Assembly: GCA_011065125.1 (NCBI GenBank)
Contig: JAAKFI010000001.1
Coordinates: 25,964 to 89,963, forward strand
Length of the DNA: 64,000 bases
DNA from: Candidatus Anoxychlamydiales bacterium
GTDB lineage: Bacteria; Chlamydiota; Chlamydiia; Chlamydiales; SM23-39
Direction of reading: 5' to 3'
The notes below the pieces were generated by a model that saw nothing but the letters and a program-made list of their open reading frames with translations, was not told where the DNA came from and made no database searches. Below are positions 52,837 through 60,348 of the stretch, one piece after another (the stretch's first letter is position 1; each line of letters opens with the position of its first letter). A program made the position numbers and the translations under genes.

Positions 52837-55011
52837 TTATTTTAGTCCTTGATCTTTTACAAGTTTTTGATAGAGACCTTCTTTATGTTTTAAAGTCTCA
52901 TGATTTCCTCTTTGAATCACTTTTCCTTTTTCTAAAACTATTATTTCATCTGCATCTTTAATCGTGCTGAGTCTGTGAGCTACCATAATAAGAGTGCAAC
53001 CTCTTCTTTTTATGCTTTTTAAAATGTTATTTTCTGTTTGAGAATCAACACTTGATGTAGCTTCATCTAGTAATATTATTCTAGGGTTTTTAACTAAAGC
53101 TCTAGCTATTTCAACTCTTTGTTTTTGACCTCCACTCAAATTTCTACCTTCTTCATATATAGTAGCATTATAATTTAAATTTTGAGATATGATCTCATCA
53201 TGTATAGCAGCGTCTTTGGCAGCTTTGAAAATATTATTTTCTGAAATAGTGTGATCCCAAAGTGTAATGTTATCATTGTATGTTCCTTCAAATAAAAAGG
53301 AATTTTGATCAACAGAAGAAAGTGATCTTAAAAAAAGATCGCTATTAATATTACAGAATGGGATGTTGTCATATAGAATTTCTCCACTCCAAGGAGCATA
53401 AATTCCTTTTAATAAATTTAAAATTGTCGTTTTGCCAGATCCAATTAAACCTACAAAAGCAATTGATTGACCAGGAGTTAAACTGAAACTTAAATTTTCA
53501 ATATAAGGCTCTTTATTTTTATCGAATCCAAAAGATAGATTTTTTACTTCAATAAATCCTTCCAGATATGATTTATTTTTAGTCGTATCAGTATTTTTAA
53601 ATTCAAAAACTTGATCTTTTTTTTGATTTAGAACATCATCGATTCTATTTATATCAGATTTGCTTTCTTGCAGCATTTGACCTAAATTTATAAATCTTAT
53701 GAAGGGAATTAAAAAATTTAAAAGTAACATCTGAATTGCTAACATCATACCGATAGAAATTGTTCCATCCAATACCTTTAAAGTACCAATAAGTAAAAAA
53801 AATGAAATTGTTATTATTTGAAATATTTGTGGAAAAGAAGTTAAAAAAATGTCTTTTAAATTTATACTTTGTACACCAATAAGAGTTTTAGTAAAATATC
53901 CAGACCATCTAGCAAAAAAAACGGATTCTCCACCAGAAGCTTTGAGCGTTTCAATATTTGCAATCCCTCCAACTGTAATTCCTAGAATTTTTCCAAAATC
54001 CATTTGAAATCTGGCAAAATCATCACTTCTACTTCTATTGATGTATTTTAATAAAAAGAAGTTTAAGGCTACTGAGATTAAGGCTACTATTGCTATTTCA
54101 AAACTTAGTTGAATAATTACTAATAGATAAAAAATTACAAAAAACAAATTAACTATCGAAACTGCTAGCTGGGTTGTTAACATATATGTGATAAAATCAT
54201 TTAGATAAAGCCTGTTTGCTATTTCACCAGCATATCTCATTAAATAAAATTTAATTGGAAGTCTCAAAACATGTTTAAATAATTTTCCAGACCAGGAAAT
54301 TGAAGATTTAGCATTCAATTTAGCAAAAATATATCCTTGCAAAAAGTTCATTGATATTGAAAAAATAATTGTCAAAAAAAAGATAGAAAAGAAAAAAACT
54401 CTATTATAATTTATTTGAATTATTTGATCATAAAATATTTGTATTAAAACAGGAATTATAAGTCCTGGAAACACTAATAAAAAAGTTGCTATTATTGAAT
54501 ATGTAAGTGATTTTTTTACATTTTTAAATCTATTAAAAACAGATTCAAATAAACTAAACGGCCTTCCTGTTTTTTTAAATTTATCCGTCTTTTCAAATTC
54601 AATTGTAATACCAGTATAACTTTCATCAAATTCCTCAATGGATACTTTTCTAGGTCCTGATGCTGGATCATTTATATAAAAACCATTTCTATAATAACCT
54701 TCGAGTACTACAAAGTGATTAAATTTCCAGTAAATAATGCATGGAAATTTTAAAAAATTTAGTTCATTAATTTCTCTTTTATATCCATCAGCTTTTAAGC
54801 CTAATTTTGTAGCTCCATCAATAATTTGATAAGCATTGGATCCATCTCTTGTAATAGAACATAATTCTCTTAAATTCTCTAAGGATATAAATTTTTTAAA
54901 ATAAGCTAAAATAATCCCTAAGGCTACTGCACCACATTCAACTATTTCCATTTGAATAATAGTCGGTGTTTTAACTCTTTTTCTAAAAAATAATTTATTT
55001 ATAAATTTCAT
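52837..55011 (-). CDS. peptidase-C39-domain ABC transporter (PCAT; leader-cleaving exporter)
   Basis: 724 aa. N-terminal C39 domain with IQMEIVECGAVALGIIL (catalytic Cys26), NHFVVL (His) and INDP (Asp). TMD, then Walker A GLIGSGKTT, LSGGQKQRV and IILLDEATS. Confidence 0.88.
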   Translation of the reverse strand: MKFINKLFFRKRVKTPTIIQMEIVECGAVALGIILAYFKKFISLENLRELCSITRDGSNAYQIIDGATKLGLKADGYKREINELNFLKFPCIIYWKFNHFVVLEGYYRNGFYINDPASGPRKVSIEEFDESYTGITIEFEKTDKFKKTGRPFSLFESVFNRFKNVKKSLTYSIIATFLLVFPGLIIPVLIQIFYDQIIQINYNRVFFFSIFFLTIIFSISMNFLQGYIFAKLNAKSSISWSGKLFKHVLRLPIKFYLMRYAGEIANRLYLNDFITYMLTTQLAVSIVNLFFVIFYLLVIIQLSFEIAIVALISVALNFFLLKYINRSRSDDFARFQMDFGKILGITVGGIANIETLKASGGESVFFARWSGYFTKTLIGVQSINLKDIFLTSFPQIFQIITISFFLLIGTLKVLDGTISIGMMLAIQMLLLNFLIPFIRFINLGQMLQESKSDINRIDDVLNQKKDQVFEFKNTDTTKNKSYLEGFIEVKNLSFGFDKNKEPYIENLSFSLTPGQSIAFVGLIGSGKTTILNLLKGIYAPWSGEILYDNIPFCNINSDLFLRSLSSVDQNSFLFEGTYNDNITLWDHTISENNIFKAAKDAAIHDEIISQNLNYNATIYEEGRNLSGGQKQRVEIARALVKNPRIILLDEATSSVDSQTENNILKSIKRRGCTLIMVAHRLSTIKDADEIIVLEKGKVIQRGNHETLKHKEGLYQKLVKDQGLK

Positions 55012-55850
55012 AACTTTATTTTCTTTGAAAACCAGAATGGCAGTAAATAAGCTATAGGTTTTGTTTCAATCAATATAACATCTACATCAGATAAAGTTCC
55101 AAGAGGTATATCATCAGCTAAAGGAGGTTCAATTTTAGACTCTGCATATAAAGGATAAACAATAATGGGTATCACAGGACCGTCTTTAGTAAAATAATCA
55201 TAAAAACGTTTACCTAAAAGTATTTTGTTAAAATAAGTTTCATCAGCAGGAATATAGGATATTTTTTCCACTCTGCCATAAAATTGTTTTTTTTCATTAG
55301 GCTCTAATGCCCATGAAAAGATTTTTACTTTCATATTGTTTCGTATTTTATCACCTTCTTTAAAAGGAATGAAACAATAGAATTTCTCATGGTTGCTTTT
55401 GAAATAGTTGTTAGATTTTTGTAATTCTATCAATATCTGATTTTTTAATGCTGTATCTCCATTATTTAGATAGATATTAGTGATTAGACCATCATAAGGA
55501 GATTTTATATTAATTTTTTCATTTGTTTGTAGATCTTGTATAACAGCTACTATATCATCCTTTTTGACCTTTGATCCAATAAATTCTTTTACATCAACTA
55601 TGCCTTTAGAAGGTGAAACAATAGATTCTATTTTTGAAAAATCTAAGAAAATACCCTTTCCATCTGCAATAGTTGTTATTTTCCCCAAAAAAGCCCATGA
55701 TATAATTGAAATTATAATAATAATCCCAACAATTAAAGCTATCCAATCTTTTGGTTTAACAATGATTAAGAGTTTATCTAACTCTTCTAATGAAGATATA
55801 TTTTCAAGTGCTTTTTTTCTGAATATTGATTTTTTTTCTTCCTTAATCAT
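55008..55850 (-). CDS. HlyD-family / NHLM bacteriocin-system secretion adaptor protein (short form)
   Basis: 280 aa. N-terminus FRKKALENISSLEELDKLLIIVKPKDWIALIVG plus a single TM, followed by a lipoyl/barrel-sandwich-like SPSKGIVDV...GSKVKKDDIVAVI. 4-nt overlap with the C39-ABC gene. Confidence 0.75.
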   Translation of the reverse strand: MIKEEKKSIFRKKALENISSLEELDKLLIIVKPKDWIALIVGIIIIISIISWAFLGKITTIADGKGIFLDFSKIESIVSPSKGIVDVKEFIGSKVKKDDIVAVIQDLQTNEKINIKSPYDGLITNIYLNNGDTALKNQILIELQKSNNYFKSNHEKFYCFIPFKEGDKIRNNMKVKIFSWALEPNEKKQFYGRVEKISYIPADETYFNKILLGKRFYDYFTKDGPVIPIIVYPLYAESKIEPPLADDIPLGTLSDVDVILIETKPIAYLLPFWFSKKIKL

Positions 55851-56036
55851 AATTACCAGCCTAATTTCTTTAATATAATAATACTACTAATTAATTAGCA
55901 AGTATTTGAATAATTAATAGAATCTTTACTATATATGTAGATTTGTGTAGTTTTTTAGAAGCGATGAAAAAAAATTAGAAATTTATATTTTGATGAAATC
56001 AGAAAGAGGATCTCATGAAATAAAATCTGAATTTAG

Positions 56037-56109
56037 GTGAGTAGAGCGATGGCCCCCCCCCCTCAGCCTCTTGCAGAACCGTACGTGAGACTTTCGTCTC
56101 GTACGACTC
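56037..56109 (-). mobile_element. group II intron 3' remnant (domain V plus domain VI)
   Basis: Minus strand 56109-56076 reads GAGTCGTACGAGAC-GAAA-GTCTC-AC-GTACGGTTC. That is a 34-nt hairpin with a 9-bp lower helix, AC bulge, 5-bp upper helix and GAAA tetraloop, matching the domain V consensus except that the triad reads AGT rather than AGC. It is followed by a D6-like ...GCTCTACTCAC. No room exists for a full intron before the upstream gene at 56270. Confidence 0.65.
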
Positions 56110-56269
56110 CCATCAAGCAAATACACCTATCAAGTTTTAAACAAGATTTCTTTTTTTGATGACCTAAAAAAAAAGAACATGACTAATTTCACAGCTAAAG
56201 CTATAGGCATACGCCGTTTTCTTTTTCGCTCAGATACATTCTTTTTAATAATATATTGTTTAGAATTTG

Positions 56270-57244
56270 TTAATTTTTTTTAGCAATGTATACTTGCCAT
56301 CCTAAAACATCATTTATACCTACTTTAAAAATAGGAAAAAATGTATTAATAACTTTAAAACCAATTTTTTTCAAATCAGATGAATTTATCAATGACATAG
56401 TTTTACAAATTAAAATAATGTAGCCATTGAGATTTAAAAAATTATAGGCATTTTTTAAAAATTCAATGGCATTTTGGTGTTCTATTACGCCCTTTGCAAT
56501 CATTCCAGATCCAATGATTACATCTACTTTATCATCAAAAAAAATAGACTTTGAAATATCTTTATATTCAATTATTGCATTTTTATAATCCTTTAGTCTT
56601 ATTTTTATTTCATCCAAAATATTTTTGTTATCATACATATAATCCCATAGATAATAATTGGATATTTTGTCAGAAAAAGAGTTCAAAATCATTTTGGCTA
56701 AAAGACCATTTCCAGAGCCTATTTCTAAAATTTTATTTTTATTTTTTTTTTGTAAAATTAACTTCATTATTTCATAAAAAAAAGGATGAATAAAATTTTC
56801 ATAAATAGTGCGTAAATTAGGCTTAAAATAATCAAGCCAGTATTCTTTTTGTTTTAATGCAAAATTACTTTGAGAGTGGCTTTCTATCTCATTGCCATTT
56901 AAAAAATAAGATAATTTTGCAAGATTGTCTGTAATAGATTCAATTGTTTTTCTATCGGTAATAAAATACCTATTTTTTCCTTCGTCAATGACCAGATCTT
57001 TTTCCCAATAAAATTTATTTTCATGAAGAGAAATAAAATGAACTTTAAAAGATATATTTTTAAAATTAATAAAATAATTTATGTCTGAAAAACTATGTTT
57101 TATCTTAGCTTTATCAAAAGCTATATTAGATTTTTTTGCATCAGATAATATTTGATCAATAATTTTAAAAATTTCAGATGCATTAGCTTTTTTTTTGGGT
57201 TGAATTACTAGTTCATCAGAGATTTGAATATCAAATTTCAGCAT
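56270..57244 (-). CDS. class I SAM-dependent methyltransferase with unassigned ~140-aa N-terminal domain
   Basis: 324 aa. Motif I KILEIGSGNGLLA at residues 171-183. Its start overlaps the rSAM gene end by 14 nt. Confidence 0.8.
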   Translation of the reverse strand: MLKFDIQISDELVIQPKKKANASEIFKIIDQILSDAKKSNIAFDKAKIKHSFSDINYFINFKNISFKVHFISLHENKFYWEKDLVIDEGKNRYFITDRKTIESITDNLAKLSYFLNGNEIESHSQSNFALKQKEYWLDYFKPNLRTIYENFIHPFFYEIMKLILQKKNKNKILEIGSGNGLLAKMILNSFSDKISNYYLWDYMYDNKNILDEIKIRLKDYKNAIIEYKDISKSIFFDDKVDVIIGSGMIAKGVIEHQNAIEFLKNAYNFLNLNGYIILICKTMSLINSSDLKKIGFKVINTFFPIFKVGINDVLGWQVYIAKKN

Positions 57245-58661
57245 TAAAAACCTCGGAACCTTTTTTGATAAGTTGTTCTATTTGATAGTTTTTTATTTGA
57301 TTAGCAAATAAATCTCTTCTAAATAAATTATGTACTTTTTCAGAGTCATTAAAGGAAAAAATTAACCAGGAGAGCTCCTCATCTGTTACAATCAATTTAT
57401 TTTCGCTTAAATACTTATTAGGATCTAATAAAAAAAAATCTATATTTTTTTTTGAATTATAAATATTTAAATAAGCTTTTTGAAATGTTTTTTCTTTAAA
57501 AATATATTTTGTTTTATCAAAAAGATTATATTTTGATGATATAAAATCCCATTCTTGTTGAAAGTTTGTATTTAAATCTGGTTCTTTTCTTTCTATCTTT
57601 TTTAGATTAACTTTTCTTTTAATTTTGTCGATAAAACAAAAAGGATTTTCTGCAAAAGGATCCTTAGTATTTGCAAAAACTTTTGATGGACAGCCTCGAC
57701 AAACAGTATAAAAATGGCAATTTCCACATGCAGCATAATATTTAGCTCTTCTTAATTTTTTTAAGTAAATATTACCTAAAAAAACCTCTTCAAAACTTTG
57801 CTGAGGTAATTTACCTATGTTAATAGGAAGAAGTTTACAAGCATAGGCTCCACCATCAGGTCCTATTTGAGGAGGAGTAAATCCTGTAGAACATCCTAAT
57901 AGAAAATCAGGGTTCGGTATTGGTAAATATTTTCCTCTTTCAAAGAGTATAAGTTTTAATAAATGGGCATCATGATTAAATCTTAATTTGCAATTTTGTT
58001 TTTGAAGTTCATCTTTTGTATCAAGATATTTGGATAAAATTTCATAAAGTTCATCGGGAGTAAATGAAGTTAAGTTTTTTCTAGCATTTCCAATAGCACA
58101 TCCAACTGCAAACGAAAATTTTTCCAATTTTGTATCTTTTGCTAAAAATTTAATTAGTGGAATAAAAGAGTCTTTATTTGACGGATAAAGTGTAAATCTA
58201 ACTGATGATGCGAATCCAAAATCATTTATTAAATTAAGTGCATTAAGAGTATTTTTAAAACTTCCTTTTCTTCTGGTAAGATCATGATCTTTTTCTAATC
58301 CATCTAAACTTAATTGAATTTCTTTAACATTAAAATCTTTTAATTTTTTTAAATTTTTTTCAGTTAAAGATTCAGGATTTGCCAAGACTCTGATATTATC
58401 ACTTTTTTTTTGTAGTTCTTGAAAAAATTCTTCCCAATCTTTTCTGAGTAGTGGATCTCCACCTGTTATATTAAAATCAGACATCTTTACATTATATTTT
58501 TTTTCAAAGTCTTCAATTTGATCAAGGATCTTTACTAAATCTCTTATAGGAAGAGCATTTTTTCTTTCATTTTCATAAATAGAATCTTCATGCATATAAC
58601 AATGTTTACAGTTATTATTACAACTAGTTGTTATGCTCATGAGAATTCTAAATTTAAACAT
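57231..58661 (-). CDS. radical SAM enzyme with SPASM-like auxiliary cluster domain (RiPP maturase candidate)
   Basis: 476 aa. CX3CX2C at C14/C18/C21 (SCNNNCKHC) and a GGDPLL SAM-binding motif. C-terminal Cys set C257, C275, then C312-x2-C315-x5-C321-x2-C324 and C342. About 134 further residues are unassigned. Confidence 0.85.
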   Translation of the reverse strand: MFKFRILMSITTSCNNNCKHCYMHEDSIYENERKNALPIRDLVKILDQIEDFEKKYNVKMSDFNITGGDPLLRKDWEEFFQELQKKSDNIRVLANPESLTEKNLKKLKDFNVKEIQLSLDGLEKDHDLTRRKGSFKNTLNALNLINDFGFASSVRFTLYPSNKDSFIPLIKFLAKDTKLEKFSFAVGCAIGNARKNLTSFTPDELYEILSKYLDTKDELQKQNCKLRFNHDAHLLKLILFERGKYLPIPNPDFLLGCSTGFTPPQIGPDGGAYACKLLPINIGKLPQQSFEEVFLGNIYLKKLRRAKYYAACGNCHFYTVCRGCPSKVFANTKDPFAENPFCFIDKIKRKVNLKKIERKEPDLNTNFQQEWDFISSKYNLFDKTKYIFKEKTFQKAYLNIYNSKKNIDFFLLDPNKYLSENKLIVTDEELSWLIFSFNDSEKVHNLFRRDLFANQIKNYQIEQLIKKGSEVFNAEI

Positions 58662-58864
58662 AAATATCTCCTTTTTCAGATCATTTTTATTTTTTAAGCT
58701 CTATCCTAATATTTAATCTAAAAATTTTATATTATTTTTTTTTCTTATAAGAAAATAAAATTATTTTAACCTTGGATTAACATATTTTTTAAATTGGCAG
58801 CAATCATCCAACAATTAAATTGATTGGTTTTCGATGCCTATTTTACTTTTAAAAGAATTTTAAT

Positions 58865-59056
58865 TTATAGCTGAGCTGCAGCTACATCATCAAAACCGCC
58901 AGCTAATTCTTTTAATTCTTCATGAGATATTTTTTTACCTGAGGATTGATTCAAAACTGCCATCATATTTAGGGTAGCTGCAATTGCTCTTTTTCTATTT
59001 TCTTCATTTTTTAGACCCCATTCTAAAAATTCTTTCCAATTTTTTTTTTGATCCAT
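58865..59056 (-). CDS. RiPP precursor peptide A2 (Nif11/NHLP-like leader, double-glycine, 9-aa core FDDVAAAQL)
   Basis: 63 aa: MDQKKNWKEFLEWGLKNEENRKRAIAATLNMMAVLNQSSGKKISHEELKELAGG-FDDVAAAQL. AGGAAA RBS-like sequence 5 nt upstream. Sits directly upstream of the rSAM gene. Confidence 0.8.
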   Translation of the reverse strand: MDQKKNWKEFLEWGLKNEENRKRAIAATLNMMAVLNQSSGKKISHEELKELAGGFDDVAAAQL

Positions 59057-59144
59057 ATTGTTTCCTTTTTTTTAGGGTTTAAGATATTATAAATTAATAA
59101 TGTAATAAATTTAGCCTGTCAATTAAATATTTTTAAATTGAATT

Positions 59145-59345
59145 CTAGAGTTTAAATTCCAATTCATCAAAACTGTCAGCTACTTTGTTTAATTCTTCAC
59201 TAGATATTTTTTCATCTGGGGAACGATACAAAATTGCCAACATTTTTAAGCCAGCTGCCATAGCTCTTTTTCTATTTTCTTCATTTTTTAAACCCCACTC
59301 TAAGAATTCTTCCCAAGATTGTTTTGGATTCATATTTTTCTCCAT
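59145..59345 (-). CDS. RiPP precursor peptide A1 (paralogous leader, no GG, 8-aa C-terminal segment FDELEFKL)
   Basis: 66-aa ORF. It probably starts at the internal ATG at 59333 (GGAG 8 nt upstream), giving a 62-aa product that aligns gap-free with A2. The block EFLEWGLKNEENRKRA is identical in both. Confidence 0.75.
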   Translation of the reverse strand: MEKNMNPKQSWEEFLEWGLKNEENRKRAMAAGLKMLAILYRSPDEKISSEELNKVADSFDELEFKL

Positions 59346-59370
59346 TAGTAAATAAATTTGTTTAAAAATT

Positions 59371-59398
59371 ATTTTATTATATATTTTTTTTTAGTCAA
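59371..59398 (-). promoter_or_regulatory. sigma-70-like promoter candidate for the precursor/maturase operon
   Basis: Minus strand: TTGACT (59398-59393), 16-nt spacer, TAAAAT (59376-59371), about 25-40 nt upstream of the precursor start. AT-rich context makes chance matches likely. Confidence 0.3.
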
Positions 59399-59423
59399 TC
59401 TAAATAATTTAATTTTGACATAC

Positions 59424-59445
59424 TCCCACGACTAAAGTCGAGGGA
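59424..59445 (-). mobile_element. IS200/IS605-type right-end hairpin downstream of the tnpB fragment
   Basis: tcccacgac-taaa-gtcgaggga imperfect palindrome (one A.A mismatch). It is relatively GC-rich and lies just 3' of the TnpB remnant, where IS605-family ends and guide-RNA scaffolds lie. Confidence 0.45.
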
Positions 59446-59453
59446 TTCTGGTT

Positions 59454-59666
59454 TTAAGCGGGAATTGCTCTAGCATTTCGAGTCTTATTTTCCCTATTCC
59501 ACAAGACAATGCCCTGTCTTTTTATGTTTCTAGCAGCGTTTTTATCTCTCATTATTGTTTTTTTGCAATGAGGACAAATCCATATTCTATCTTTCAGAGT
59601 TAAATCTTCATTTATGTTGTTGCAGTGATAACAAGTTTCTCTAAGTTGATATTTTTTCTTTGCCAA
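59454..59666 (-). pseudogene. tnpB: TnpB (IS605 OrfB) C-terminal fragment
   Basis: ETCYHCNNINEDLTLKDRIWICPHCKKTIMRDKNAARNIKRQG matches the TnpB zinc-ribbon/RuvC-III end (CxxC...L.dR.w.CxxC...RD.NAA.NI). Only about 70 aa are present, against about 400 aa for an intact protein. Confidence 0.75.
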
Positions 59667-60009
59667 TACATTTTCAAAGCTTCTAAAACAATATCCATCC
59701 CAATCTTATTTCGAAATTTGATACAATCAATTAAAGTCTTTTCAATATCAAAAAATTTAACAATAATGCCGCCTATTTTATGCACATAGACTCCCGTAGT
59801 CAAAAGTTTTTCTGAATACCAAAAAAACGCATTGGAGGATAAGAAATAACAGGTTTATGAGCATCTTTAGGTAATGCCACATAAACAAAATGTGGAATTT
59901 GGGTTGTGATTTCATGGAAAGATATTTTTTCAATCGTTGTAATATATGAAACTAAACACTGATTACTACATATGAAATCAAAATTAATAAAAGAATTAAA
60001 TTTTTGCAT
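59612..60009 (-). pseudogene. AbiEi-family (type IV TA antitoxin) gene, frameshifted and 3'-truncated by the IS fragment
   Basis: Two abutting ORFs. The first has ...FHEITTQIPHFVYVALPKDAHKPVISYPPMRFF. The second has ...IVKFFDIEKTLIDCIKFRNKIGMDIVLEALKMY. Both match conserved AbiEi blocks (hgLTtQiP...v.lp; ErTliDc.ryrnk.G.d.alEAl). The frame switches at about 59800-59803, and the reading frame then runs into tnpB-derived sequence. Confidence 0.6.
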
Positions 60010-60348
60010 AAAACTTTGGGATGAAAAAGTGTATTGTAATTTTGGAAGAAAAATACAATGTGCAAATTGTGCAGCTCCTTATTTGCTATATAAATTAATT
60101 TCAAAAAAAGTTCTTCATGATGAAAAAGTGCCAAGATTGTCATTAGAAGATTGGAAAAAACTGTTAGATACTAAAATTTTTTAAATGTTAGCAAAAGGTC
60201 AAATTTCTATAAATGGTGCAAAAGCGATGCCCCGATTTAGACATTGAACCAACATTATCCAGTAAAATCCAATAGATTTTTAATCTTATCTTATTTATTT
60301 ATGTTCATAGCGATTGGATGTTGTTGAATAAATGGGAATATTCCCTCC

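Noticed and set aside
56053-56062. C10 homopolymer as a stand-alone phase-variation switch
   Set aside because: It lies in non-coding DNA inside the intron D6-like remnant, not in or directly upstream of an ORF. I noted it under the intron finding rather than as a contingency locus.
59972-60184. 70-aa plus-strand ORF with CxxC (MKSKLIKELNFCIKLWDEKVYCNFGRKIQCANCAAPY...)
   Set aside because: It overlaps the AbiEi pseudogene region on the opposite strand and matches no family I recognise. It could be real or a shadow ORF, and the evidence is insufficient.
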